Part shown: in pieces, positions 32,963 to 44,357 of the stretch
Numbering within the stretch: the stretch's first letter is position 1
How the letters are laid out: the number at the start of each line of letters is the position of its first letter
From: Histomonas meleagridis 2922-C6/04-290x
Lineage: Eukaryota; Protista; Parabasalia
Direction of reading: 5' to 3'
DNA: 64,000 nucleotides
Assembly: GCA_020184695.1 (NCBI GenBank)
Contig: JAANOX010000271.1
Coordinates: 310,001-374,000, forward strand
The notes under the pieces: generated by a model
The model's database searches: none
What the model saw: only the letters and a program-made list of their open reading frames with translations
What the model was told of the DNA's origin: nothing
Position numbers and translations under genes: made by a program

Positions 32963-33376
32963 TTAGAACAACGAGATACTAGAGGTTCTAACATCATAGA
33001 TAATTCCGGGAAAATTTCCTCTTCTCACTATATCAAATACACTGGGGGCCGCTTCAGAGCGCTCTGAAATCGGTGAGGGCTGCGGAAGCGTTGGAGGTGG
33101 TGATATTGATGTGTTTGAAAAGAGCATTTGAGGCTGAATTTGCTTCGGCTCAGCTGATTTTGAAGTAAAACGAGGCTGGTATGTTATTTCGTTTTGTTGT
33201 TGCATTCCTTGAGGTCCTATGCAGAGCCGAGCAACTCTGAAATGTTTGGATTTGCGTGGAATACGGAATCCATTTGATTGTTGTGGGTAGGAATTTACAA
33301 ACATTCCTGGAACCCATATACCATTTGACGCTTGCTGGGATGAAGAAGGAAGGGATGACGGGTGTGAAACCTTCAT
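32963..33376 (-). CDS. Hypothetical low-complexity protein (probable start MKVSHP)
   Basis: First ATG in the track ORF is at 33376; higher GC than the flanks; S/P/Q-rich. Confidence 0.6.
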   Translation of the reverse strand: MKVSHPSSLPSSSQQASNGIWVPGMFVNSYPQQSNGFRIPRKSKHFRVARLCIGPQGMQQQNEITYQPRFTSKSAEPKQIQPQMLFSNTSISPPPTLPQPSPISERSEAAPSVFDIVRRGNFPGIIYDVRTSSISLF

Positions 33377-34759
33377 CTTCTGGGTGACTTGTTGCTTTTT
33401 GTTGGGACTCCCGTTCAATTTTTTTCTGTGGGGTGTTTCCTTTTTTTTAATTCTTGAATTTTGCGGTAAATAAATATATTTGTTAATTATAATCAAGGAT
33501 TAATTTCGAATATATAATGTGTATTATTATATTCATTTGAATTGATTTTTTATGAATTATATGTGGAGATAAAAATACACGAATTTTTACCAATTTTACG
33601 ATAGCTCTCAATTTGTGTGTCATTCAAATAATCTGGCAAGCCCTGAAAATTTGTGTTTTGCTAAATTTCCAAATTATTCTTGGCGCTTTGTTTTTTGAAC
33701 CGCGAAAAACTTTAACGATTAATATCTACATGAGTGTGACCATATAAGAAATTATCTTTTAGCTTAACACAAAAACAATACTTTTACTCTCTACCAGGGA
33801 GAAAAAAAAATTTTACCCAGAAGTCAAATCGCTATGGTTCTAACAAATTTGAATGCGTATCGTTGTCGGATGTCGGAATTTGTATTTCATATGATCGTGC
33901 AATATGCGGTTTTTTCACTGTTTTGCTCAAACTATTTCAATGCAATTGAATTGTAATAAAAAATCATCAATGGCAGAAAAATGCCCAGTTATGGGTGTAA
34001 AGTATCCAAATTTGTTTGTAACAACTCAATTTTTGCGGGTGATCTGTCAAACAAAACTGTACTAAGAAATCATATGTGAAATTTTTTTAAACCTCCAATT
34101 TCTCATTATGTTCGAACTCGCCTCGAGCCAACCTTTAGCTTCCAACAAAGATCCCAATGGAAACCTTTTCATCTTTGAAAAATTTGTTTTAAAACCAAGA
34201 ATGTCCATGGCTTTTAAATGATTTATTCAAATGTGTTTTCTGAGAGTAAATTTTCAATGAAAAGTGGTGATTATTTTAAGTAAAGTTATGAAATATTACA
34301 ACTTTCGATGAATGACAAATTCCCTTAACCAAAAGCAATGTTCCCGCTAAGTCATAGCAAAAACTAAAAAACATTCGCTGGCACTCTCAATAAGATTACA
34401 ATGCTTATAAACACATTATAGAAACAAGTTATGAATAATACTTGAAAGTCATACATCATTAATTTAGGTTTGAACTATCTCCAGCCACACGAAACAAATT
34501 TGTATGATCAAAGAAACCGATGATTTAATTTAGGAAATGGGAAATTTATGATTAAAGCATAGGAAAAAATGACATATAGTTTTATGTTTCCAATATTTTA
34601 CAAAGTGATTTTCATTTTGCCGTGAGATTTTGTAGATAGTTGTCGTAACAATTTTTTAATTTAATGTGACCTCAGCGGTGCGTTTATTTAAATAGCAAAC
34701 ATTTGTATTTTTATTTACAAAGCATCCAAGTGAAATTTATATCTCTGCAAACATATTTA

Positions 34760-35250
34760 TTGGATTATATAACCCATCGAATATATGTTGTGATTACTTT
34801 GGCTCATGGCGTGCGATGGAAAAATTATATGAAGCCAATTGACCTTCTTCTTGACCTTTGCATGCATGTAAAGATTGTAATACAAGTTAATCAAATTGAA
34901 GCTAAACCATTTAATCACCAAATCAAACTTTTCGAACTCGTAAACGAATACAAGTTTTATGCTATGGGATTGGGCTCTCTTGCTGAAGGTATCTTCCAAA
35001 ATGAAATGCTTAAGAAGATTTGCGATGCACATGGAAAAAAACAATTGCTCAAGTTGCATTAAGATGGGAAACACTGAGAAACATTTGTGGAATTCGAAAT
35101 GAGCGCATTATCGAGAACTTTAACATTTGGGACTTCAAAATCACTGATGAAGAAATGAACGAAAATGCTAAATTAGATAAAATACATTGGGAAATTTGGA
35201 ATTGGAGTGATTTTAGAATTATGCTCAACCATGTTGAGGAGAATGTATAA
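34760..35250 (+). pseudogene. Aldo-keto reductase (AKR5/2,5-DKG reductase type) pseudogene
   Basis: Three frames give DYFGSWRAMEKLYEA*, VNQIEAKPF..LAEGIFQNEMLKKI..AHG and KTIAQVALRW..RIIENFNIWDF; frameshifts and internal deletions. Confidence 0.88.
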
Positions 35251-35544
35251 GGTAGTAAACCATTAGTTAACTTCATTAACACCTCAAAAGGTTTTCGATT
35301 TGTGATAAATTGCCACAAATAATCGTTGCTGAATGGGAATTTGTTGCAAGTTTATTATTTGAACCGAGTGAATATATCGTTTGTTCTTTTTATAAGGTTC
35401 CTGTAAAATTTGGACGACTTATTGTAGAAGAGGAATCTGAATTAAATTTTTCGTTTGTACTTTATATTTTTTTCACGAAGTAAATTTACTATTTCTATGT
35501 AACCTTTTTGCTGTGCAATTTGAGTCGCAGTAAAATATTGCTAA

Positions 35545-35740
35545 AACATATTTCAAATTATTAAAACATATTCCAAATTATTCAAATAAATAGTTTCTGC
35601 ATTAACATTAATTCCTCTTTATCTAAAAGTAATTTTGCTATTTCTATATTATTATTTTTAACTGCTATATGAAGTGCTGTTTCAAATTAAAAAAACATAT
35701 TACAAATTATTAAAACATATAAAAAATTATTAAAATAATT
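35545..35740 (-). pseudogene. Isolated ankyrin module (35592-35683, 1-nt deletion) flanked by 20-bp minisatellite spacers
   Basis: Minus strand ETALHIAVKNNNIEIAKLLLDK..; near-copy of 36591-36683. Confidence 0.8.
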
Positions 35741-36297
35741 TTTTTTTATATTCCGAGTTAAACTCACTGTCATCAGTAACTTCAAGTACTCCCTGAAAAC
35801 GTTTCATTTGAAGAAACAAACATATAATTTAATTATTTCTTTTTACTACACGTTAGACTTGTTTGGATATTATTAAGCAACATCGTAATAATAACAGAGA
35901 TTCATATTTCATACATATAGATTTTTCTCTATGGTTTTTTTACAACAAGAAATTACCCTTTGTCCGATCAAAAATCAATCAAAATCTATCGGGGAAGACG
36001 ATACATTCAATTCCTTTCAAATATTGATCGTTCATTTCTGATTGCCCAAAAATATATATGGATAAAAAAAGTGAAATTTAGAACACCATGAAACAAATTT
36101 TAAAATTTGCTTGCATTTCCAGACATATTCAAACAAAGGGTAATTAAATCATATATGTAATTTTTTATAAACTCGATTATTCATTGAGATGAAGTGGATC
36201 ATTTGGATTTAGGTTCAAACATTAATCAAACAAATTTTTACAACTGAATGTTAAATAAAAATCAATAAAACTTTTATGAAAGTTAGAATATGTAATG

Positions 36298-36298
<1 letters not shown>

Positions 36299-36342
<44 letters not shown>
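36299..36342. repeat. (TA)22 microsatellite
   Basis: Direct reading. Confidence 0.97.
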
Positions 36343-36345
<3 letters not shown>

Positions 36346-36481
36346 TTCCGGAAATTACTTTTTGTCCTTGGAAATAAATTAGGTAATGAGAAATTTTGAA
36401 TTTTTTCCAAAAAATCTTCGATTTTTTCAAGTAAACCTCAGAAAAACTAACGTACAAAATTTAACGATTCGAGTATATATT

Positions 36482-36590
36482 GAAAAATATTCTAAATTAT
36501 TAAAACATATTCCAAATTATTAAAACATATTTCAAATTATTAAAACATATTTCAAATTATTAAAACATATTTCAAATTATTAAAATGAAT
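36482..36590. repeat. 20-bp minisatellite (TTCAAATTATTAAAACATAT)n inside an ankyrin spacer
   Basis: About 5 tandem copies with minor variants. Confidence 0.9.
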
Positions 36591-37915
36591 AGTTTTTGCA
36601 TTAACATCAATTCCTTCTTTATCTAAAAGTAATTTTACTATTTCTATATTATTATTTCTAACTGCTATATGAAGTGCTGTTTCAAATTATTAAAACATAT
36701 TTCAAATTATTAAAATGAATAGTTTTTGCATTAACATCAATTCCTTTATCTAAAAGTAATTTTACTATTTCTATATTATTATTTCTAACTGCTATATGAA
36801 GTGCTGGATTATATTTTATAATAAAAATTTAAATCGTATTTTAAAATATCAAATTGTTTTAATGAAATTTCAATAAAATTTTCAAACACTTCTCTTTAAA
36901 TTAATATATTTATGATTAATAAGGTAGTTAAAAAATTCTTCCTTAATAGAAATCTCTGAAATCTCCAAAAAATTTAGTGAAATTTTATTATTTCCGAGGA
37001 AATATAAAAAAATAAAAATATTTCCTGTTTTAATAGAATTGATGATATGATTCTTATTGATAATCATTCCTTCTTCTTTTAAAAATGAAAGAAGATCAAA
37101 ATTATCATGTAAAATACATTCTTTTCCTAATTCTTCTAAATTATTATCAGGATTAATTTTATTTTCATAAAGGTATTTAAAGATATCATTTCGATGAAAC
37201 ATAATTGCTGTTTCATATGCATTTTCAAATGATGAATGATTTTGTTCACATAAATGAATGATTTCTTCATTCCCACCTGCAACAGCATATTTACCTGTGT
37301 TTATTACATTTGCTCCATTCATAAGTAAATATTTAAAACATTTAACTGAAGAAAAAAATGCTGCATAATCAATTAATGTAACATTTGGTTTGTTAATAAA
37401 TGAATATCTTTCATAAAGTGATGGTTCAATTATTTGATTAAAATTAAAATTTGTTTGTGATGACATTTCTTGAAGTTTTTTTACTTCATCATTACGAATT
37501 ATTGATGCGATTTTATTTGGATTGTGCCCATTCTTAACATATTTCTTATGAAGTTCAAAATTTTCAGAAAGATCTTTGAAATTATTTTTATTTTTGAATT
37601 TAATCCTTTGAGATTGCAGTTTTATGAATTCTTCTTCTGAAACATAATGTATATAAAAAGGATTATTTTTATTTTGAATAATTTTTTTGATTAGATTAAT
37701 TTACTTTCAATCATTTTTTCAAGAAGATAATTTGATTCTTCGTTATTAATTGATAACAAAAATTGAGTAACAACATTAATTAAGGTATTATTCGATTTTA
37801 TTTCTGCTTTCTGTAAATACTTGATGCATAATTTTTCAAATCCTTTAAAAACAAAATATGAATAAATAATTCGTGAAAAACCTGTACACAGACAACAAAA
37901 ATTCAGATAAATCAT
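36591..37915 (-). pseudogene. DUF3447/ankyrin gene, frameshifted near 37690, followed by spacer-separated ankyrin modules
   Basis: IEPSLYERYSFIN..TLIDYAAFFSSVKCFKYLLMN (DUF3447-type); upstream part in another frame; modules at 36721-36810 and 36591-36683. Confidence 0.8.
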
Positions 37916-38392
37916 AAATTTTTATACAGTTTGTTAGTAAATAGAAATTTTAACATATATTCAGTTTCAAAAATATGAATTAATTAAAATATGTAAGAAA
38001 ATTGAGAAAAAAGATTTTTTCATTTTAACATCCTCTTTAGTGAAGTGAGTTAAAAATCGGAATATTGCAAAAATTACAAAATTAAATTGAAAAAAATTAT
38101 TAAATATATATTACTAAATATGTTCTCTATGAATAATGCTACAGTGTAGGCGTGGATTATATTAAGGTGTCATTCTACAGGTTTTTTACTGCTGTGATTT
38201 TATATAAAATCTAGGAAAACCCTTAGTTAAAGGTTTTTAACCCTGCTCTTCATGTAAAAATTATTTGTTCAAAGCATTCACTCATAATTGTAACTTGTTT
38301 TTTAATTGAACGTAAAGAAAAAAAAAAAATACATTTATAACTTACCAAACACAGCTATAAAAATTGGATAAATTAAGTTATTTTTAAAAAAA

Positions 38393-39490
38393 TTAGAGTT
38401 CGTTTTCTATTTTAACTAAAATGTCCCCAAAAGTCGCAGCACCAATTGATGTAACTTCTTTCGGGTTAATGTTTTTTAATATTTCTTTTCCATGGAAATA
38501 TTCTTGCACAATTTCTTGTGCTTGCGGAATAAGCGATGAGCCGCCTGCCAAAACAACTTTGTCGATTTCGTTCTTTTCGATTTTTGCATCATTCAAAATA
38601 TCTTTAATTGGATCAAGTAACTTTTGGAAGATGTCTTTGTTGAGTTCTTCAAATTGTTCGCGTGTAATTGTTTCGATAAAATTTTCTTCATCAATTTTGA
38701 TTATTGTTTCATTTGAAAATGAAAGTTCACATTTCGCTCTTTCAATGTCACTACTTAATTTTGATGTCATTGTTAAGTTCTTTCCGGTCTTTTTTTGGTA
38801 TTTATTCGAAATGTATTCGAAAATACAATTATTGATATCATCACCTCCAATTTGTAAGTCGCTAAAAGAGAGAAGATCAAGGTACCGAAAATCGTTTTCG
38901 AGGAGCGCTACGCTTAATGTAGTACTACCAAAGTCAAAAATCAATATTTTGCTCATATCGTATTTAAGGTTATTAAGGTCATAAGCAATCGCAATGGAAA
39001 CTGGTTTGTAGAGAAGTCTAATGATGTTTAAACCTGATAAGGTGCCCAAATTGATTATTGATTTACGTTGAAAATCATTGAAATAGGCTGGAATAGTGAT
39101 AACGGTATCTCTGACTTCATGGCCAAGATGTTTTTCTGCAATTTTCTTTAGTATCCTAAGAATAATGATGATTTCTTCGGGAGAAAAATGCTGCTGGATT
39201 TCAACATATGAATGATGTCTTGCATAAAAGTTATCAAAAGAAGTATCATTTTTAGCTAACGAAGTAAATTTTTGACCTGTTTCAACAAATTGTGTGGTTG
39301 GCGATATAATTGTAGAAAGTTGTTTATATGCGATAATGTCGACTTTACCATTTTGGAATGCAGTAATACAACAATACTTAGTTCCAATGTCTATTCCAAG
39401 CACTTGGCCTTGGGAGAAGATAAAAAAGAAGGGAAAAAACATTTTGGTCTGATGGTTGTGTTCCAAGCAGATACATTCAAAAGATGTCAC
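38393..39490 (-). CDS. Truncated Hsp70-family protein (nucleotide-binding domain only), possible signal peptide
   Basis: GIDIGTKYC, VITIPAYFNDFQR, FDFGSTT, VLAGGSSLIP; ends before the substrate-binding domain; likely start MFFPFFFIFS. Confidence 0.85.
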   Translation of the reverse strand: MTSFECICLEHNHQTKMFFPFFFIFSQGQVLGIDIGTKYCCITAFQNGKVDIIAYKQLSTIISPTTQFVETGQKFTSLAKNDTSFDNFYARHHSYVEIQQHFSPEEIIIILRILKKIAEKHLGHEVRDTVITIPAYFNDFQRKSIINLGTLSGLNIIRLLYKPVSIAIAYDLNNLKYDMSKILIFDFGSTTLSVALLENDFRYLDLLSFSDLQIGGDDINNCIFEYISNKYQKKTGKNLTMTSKLSSDIERAKCELSFSNETIIKIDEENFIETITREQFEELNKDIFQKLLDPIKDILNDAKIEKNEIDKVVLAGGSSLIPQAQEIVQEYFHGKEILKNINPKEVTSIGAATFGDILVKIENEL

Positions 39491-40973
39491 TTTTTATTAT
39501 TCGAATGGATTTTTGAAAACCAATGATAAACTATCTAGAGCTACAAATTTTTTAAATTTTATTTGAACATTAGATTCTGTACAGTTTTCACATACCTGAA
39601 TATTATATATTTAGTAATATTTTCAAGTTTATGTAGTATATTTACTTCTTGTACACATCATCAACTATTATTCAAGTTAAATGTGATTGATATAATAAAC
39701 CATAGTAAGCTTTACTTGATATTATTGATAATTTCAGATGATATGTAAAGTTTTTTGGTGTCGACACATCATTTTCATTTTCGAATAACTGTTATAATAC
39801 AAAAATTAATATTATTCTTAAACGTGAAACCTTTGGTTAAAAAAAAATTAAAATTAAATAAAATTTTGGTTATATTTACGAAATTATTAAAATAATGTTT
39901 TGAACATTAATTTTCATCTTGCATTTTTGTTTTAAAAATGATTCACTTTCTTTATCTTTTGCCAATTGATCTTCTTCAATATTAGATAAATTCATAATTT
40001 TGTACAATGAGACAACAACATTTTCATTTAGTGAACTTTCTTCTGTTGTTTTTTCTTCTTTTTATGAATAACAATTGAAATTGAAGAGACTGAATTTGCA
40101 CTTGTAATGTTTTGTATTGATGAGTATATTGAGAACGCACCACATCCGAATAAATATAATATTGTTCCAACTAAAAAATATCTATAATTCCTGATGGGTA
40201 TGATATAAAGTAATTTAATGAAGATCAGCCCATTAAAAGATCAAGCATTTCCATTTTAAAACTTAGAACAGGCTTAATCTAAAATTGAACTGAGGTATGA
40301 AATACATTTCCATATAAAAAATTCAAAAACAGCTAAGATGCAATAAGAAATGATTAAACTATTATTTTTTTTTTGTTAATATATTTTTATTTATAAATTT
40401 TGTCATGACTAATTAAAATGTTTTTAGATATATTTTACTATTTCTCCAGACAAATAATCGTCGGCCAACTTTTCCAATCTTTCTTCCGACAAAAATATTT
40501 CGAAACCATTTTCGAAATGTATATTTTCATTTCCAAGTAAATCCAAGTACACTGTTGGCACATTACAAATATAAACTTTTGCATTATTTCTTCTTTTATA
40601 TATCAAACTAATTTTCGAGTGTTCCACATTTAAATCCATCACAAGGTGTAAATCCTCATTTGAATGTTTATAATGTTTTTCCACAGAATTACATATTAAT
40701 TCTCCGTTATACAGATTTATGTAATAATTTTTATCAGAAGATAAAATCTCATCATAATAACCATATGGTTCTTTAGCTAAAAACAAGAAATTCTTTGGTA
40801 ATTTCATTAATTCAAATTTATCAAATATATATTCGTTTGCATTATATTTTATATTATATCTTTCACATAAATTTTTATTTGTTAATTCCATTTCCCAATT
40901 AATATTTTCTTCTTTGCCTAAAATGAAATATTCACTTAATCTTATTCGTCTTAAAAATAAATTTAATTCTTTA

Positions 40974-41478
40974 TCTACTAAAAGTAAAATTTTAAAATGT
41001 TCATTATTTTTCGATAAAGCTTCGATTTCTCTATTTGTTATGCCACAATTATTATTAAAATCTTTATTAATACAAGCACAAAATAACATTAAAATGATAA
41101 TAAGTAAAACTTTTAATAAAAATTTCGACAATTTTTGGTTATTAACTTCTGTAAATCCTCAACGAATTTTATTAGCAATGGATTTAAATGATCATCAAAT
41201 GTTACGAGGTTGTTTTGGATTAAAGATCTTTTTAACTGAAAAGAAAGATGAAATATTTTCACATTTATTTGTATTAATGCAATTATGTCTTGGATTTATC
41301 GAAAATAAAGATCAAATGATTAATATGATTGCTAACACAATTGGTATTTTTGATTTAGAACAAAACAATAAATTAATATATTTCATATTTATTCATTTTA
41401 TTTCAACGTTAATCTTTGATCGCATAGAAATTTATAATAATACAACAGAAAAAATTAATCAAAAATTAATATCGAATT
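40974..41478 (+). repeat. 505-bp inverted repeat, left arm
   Basis: Reverse complement of 41822-42326; the two ORF translations are identical over this span. Confidence 0.93.
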
Positions 41479-41821
41479 TCTTTCGATTAATATACAATAT
41501 TCAATAGCTAATAATGTTGGAGAACATAAACAAGAATGTAAATCCATTCCATATGGCTCAGCAATAAATGGTTGAAAAGGCATTAATTCATTTGGATATT
41601 TCGAAATGTATTTAGAATATTTTGATAATATATCATTTGAATTATAAATTGGTGTTAATGGATACCATAAATTTTTCGATTTTAATTTATAGATTATACC
41701 ATTTTTTGATGAAGAAGATATTGAAATTGCATCTAAATGAGTTTTAATGATTTTTATATCTGTAATTCGTTTTTCCCTAAAAACTTTATTAAATGATTTA
41801 TATAATTTTGGCTTAAATAAT

Positions 41822-42326
41822 AATTCGATATTAATTTTTGATTAATTTTTTCTGTTGTATTATTATAAATTTCTATGCGATCAAAGATTAACGTTGAAAT
41901 AAAATGAATAAATATGAAATATATTAATTTATTGTTTTGTTCTAAATCAAAAATACCAATTGTGTTAGCAATCATATTAATCATTTGATCTTTATTTTCG
42001 ATAAATCCAAGACATAATTGCATTAATACAAATAAATGTGAAAATATTTCATCTTTCTTTTCAGTTAAAAAGATCTTTAATCCAAAACAACCTCGTAACA
42101 TTTGATGATCATTTAAATCCATTGCTAATAAAATTCGTTGAGGATTTACAGAAGTTAATAACCAAAAATTGTCGAAATTTTTATTAAAAGTTTTACTTAT
42201 TATCATTTTAATGTTATTTTGTGCTTGTATTAATAAAGATTTTAATAATAATTGTGGCATAACAAATAGAGAAATCGAAGCTTTATCGAAAAATAATGAA
42301 CATTTTAAAATTTTACTTTTAGTAGA
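41822..42326 (-). repeat. 505-bp inverted repeat, right arm (native UBR coding segment)
   Basis: Reverse complement of 40974-41478; 343-bp spacer between the arms. Confidence 0.93.
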
Positions 42327-43559
42327 ATCAGTTAAGATACCATCAGTATAAATATCTTTAAAATATTTTTCACATATAAGAAGTGTATTTGTAATATCCA
42401 AATTTATTTTTATGTTTTCAACAATTTCATTATAATCTCTTGAAAATGATTTAAAATAATAAATATATGAAACAAATTCATTTTCTTGTGAACTTTGAAA
42501 TATATTAGTGAATAAAATTGCATGCGTATCTAAATAGATATCAACTAATCCATCTATTAAACGTTGATAATCATTACTAAAATAATCACATGATAAGAAA
42601 TTTTTTAATCCTTGTGTAACGTATGAATAAAAGAATACAATGCCTTTGCTTCTTAAGTTTGGATCAAGTGAAAATGATAGTTGATATTTTTGATATGCTT
42701 TCATATCATTCAAATGTTAACAAAAATCAAAATTATATTTTTTATTAATTTCAATCATTGCATATTGTTTAAAAAATTGAAAATGTAAATCAACTAAAGA
42801 ATAAATTTTGTTTTTTCGTTGTTTTACTCTTATGTCATATACATGTTTATATATATCAAAAATTTTATTAAGATATACATAACCAAAATCAACTTTGAAT
42901 TGAATATCATTAACAAAGTGCTGAAGCAAATCATTAATAACAGAAATAACATCTTTACTTGACTGTAAATAACTATCAATAATACCACCAAATATTTCGT
43001 TTTTGCTCATGGATGAAATAATTAAATTTCGATATTTATCACCAATTTCACAAAATCGAAGAAGCCATTTTAACAACTGAATCGCTTTGGATGGCTCATT
43101 GTTAATAAGATTTAGCAGTTGTGCCGATGCAATATCAAAAATTTTAGGAAGGAGTTCTGAGATTGGAAAAGGAATTTCATTTCCTTGTTGGGGCTTATGA
43201 AGTTGACAAGATGATTTCCATTGATATTGGTCACCACAGTCACAATTTCCAATGAGGGTAGTATCTATAAAAATTGAATGTCCATCATGATTGCTATTTA
43301 AATAACACTTTAAACAAATACAATTAGAATCATCATGTGAACATTCCTTGCAATCAAATGATATTTGGGGAACTGACCATGCCTCCTGGCATTTGGAAAT
43401 ATTAGAAATTGAAAGAAGATATTGGATAAAACTATCAAAATTGGGAAACTTTAGGTACTGACAAAGAAAAGATTCCCATGATTGAATTGTATCGCCTATA
43501 TTCATATTCATGAAGGCAGCAAAAAAAAGTTTTAGGGGGGATAGTATTTTGGGTAAAAC

Positions 43560-43990
43560 CTGTATAAAAAATCCATTTTGCGAAGCTTTCATAAATGATG
43601 TTCTAAATAATTTAATTTATTTCCAAATATTTGGAAATTGATATTTCAAATATATAAAATAATTATCAAATAAAAAATTCGAATATCTTTTGAATCAACA
43701 TCAATTCCTTTTTGATTATAAGGTAATTTTTTCCTTTTTTTTTTTACAATCTCAAATTAAGAATACAAATTCCAAATACTGTTCCATTTTTTATACGAAT
43801 ATCAACTTGTTCAAGCAAAAAGTCAAATATTTCGAAATTGAAATCTATTGGAAAAAAACAATTCGATAAATTCAATAGAATTTTTCATTTTTTTTTGATT
43901 TTATTCAAATAAATATAATAAAAGATATAATTTCATGAAATTCATTTGCAGTTTCATATGCAAAATGAAATGTGTTTAACTGTTTTTGAT
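43560..43990 (-). pseudogene. Degenerate DUF3447/ankyrin remnant with two spacers
   Basis: Minus strand fragments AYETA.EFH, FEIFDFLLEQVD, NQKGIDVDSKD and RTSFMKASQNG; spacer 43605-43684. Confidence 0.72.
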
Positions 43991-44357
43991 GAAAACAATT
44001 TTCTTCAATCATTTTTTTCCTAGTAGAAAATTCACTCATATGATTCTTGCAAGTTTATATTCAGAAGAAAATTTTAAACAGAAATCACACTTTTTGAAAC
44101 AAATGCTGGAATTGATCAATCGATTGAATCGTTGTAAAAACACGATATGCATTCAAATTATTCACATCACCTCATATTTCTTCATTCAGGGAAAAAAAAT
44201 TTGATTTAAATTTTTTACTAATTTTTATTTATAAATTTTAGTTTAAACTTTTTTTGCCAATAATAATCCAATTTTTGGTTCATTATAATGCTTCAACATT
44301 CACTTTAAATAACACTTATAATTTTATTTTTATTAAAAAAAACAATTTTTTTTTGTT

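Larger units (their letters stand above)
40424..43592 (-). pseudogene. UBR-box (N-recognin) E3 ligase gene disrupted by an in-frame stop, a frameshift and an inverted duplication
   Basis: UBR box C..C..D..CICLKCY..H.GH..GNCDCGD..W..C.LH; TAA at 42717-42719; frameshift near 41770; C-terminal FELMKLP...YLD..G.E...LS.ERL domain at 40424-40973. Confidence 0.82.

Noticed and set aside
33700-34700. Possible transposon or MITE in the non-coding stretch (also 35745-36480 and 56900-58600)
   Set aside because: No terminal inverted repeats, target-site duplication or transposase/RT fragments could be identified by eye.
40914-41507. 197-aa plus-strand ORF, and the N-terminal MSKFLL.. part of 40424-41131 and 42169-42351
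   Set aside because: By-products of the inverted duplication, not independent genes.
41765-41790. HIV-like -1 slippery site (TTT TTA GGG AAA AAC) in the UBR gene
   Set aside because: The heptamer is imperfect (G TTT TTA), no stimulatory structure was seen, and the gene has other disabling lesions; a simple indel is more likely.
43621-43636. 16-bp palindrome TTCCAAATATTTGGAA as an independent regulatory site
   Set aside because: It is a variant of the ankyrin spacer motif; the other spacers are not palindromic here.
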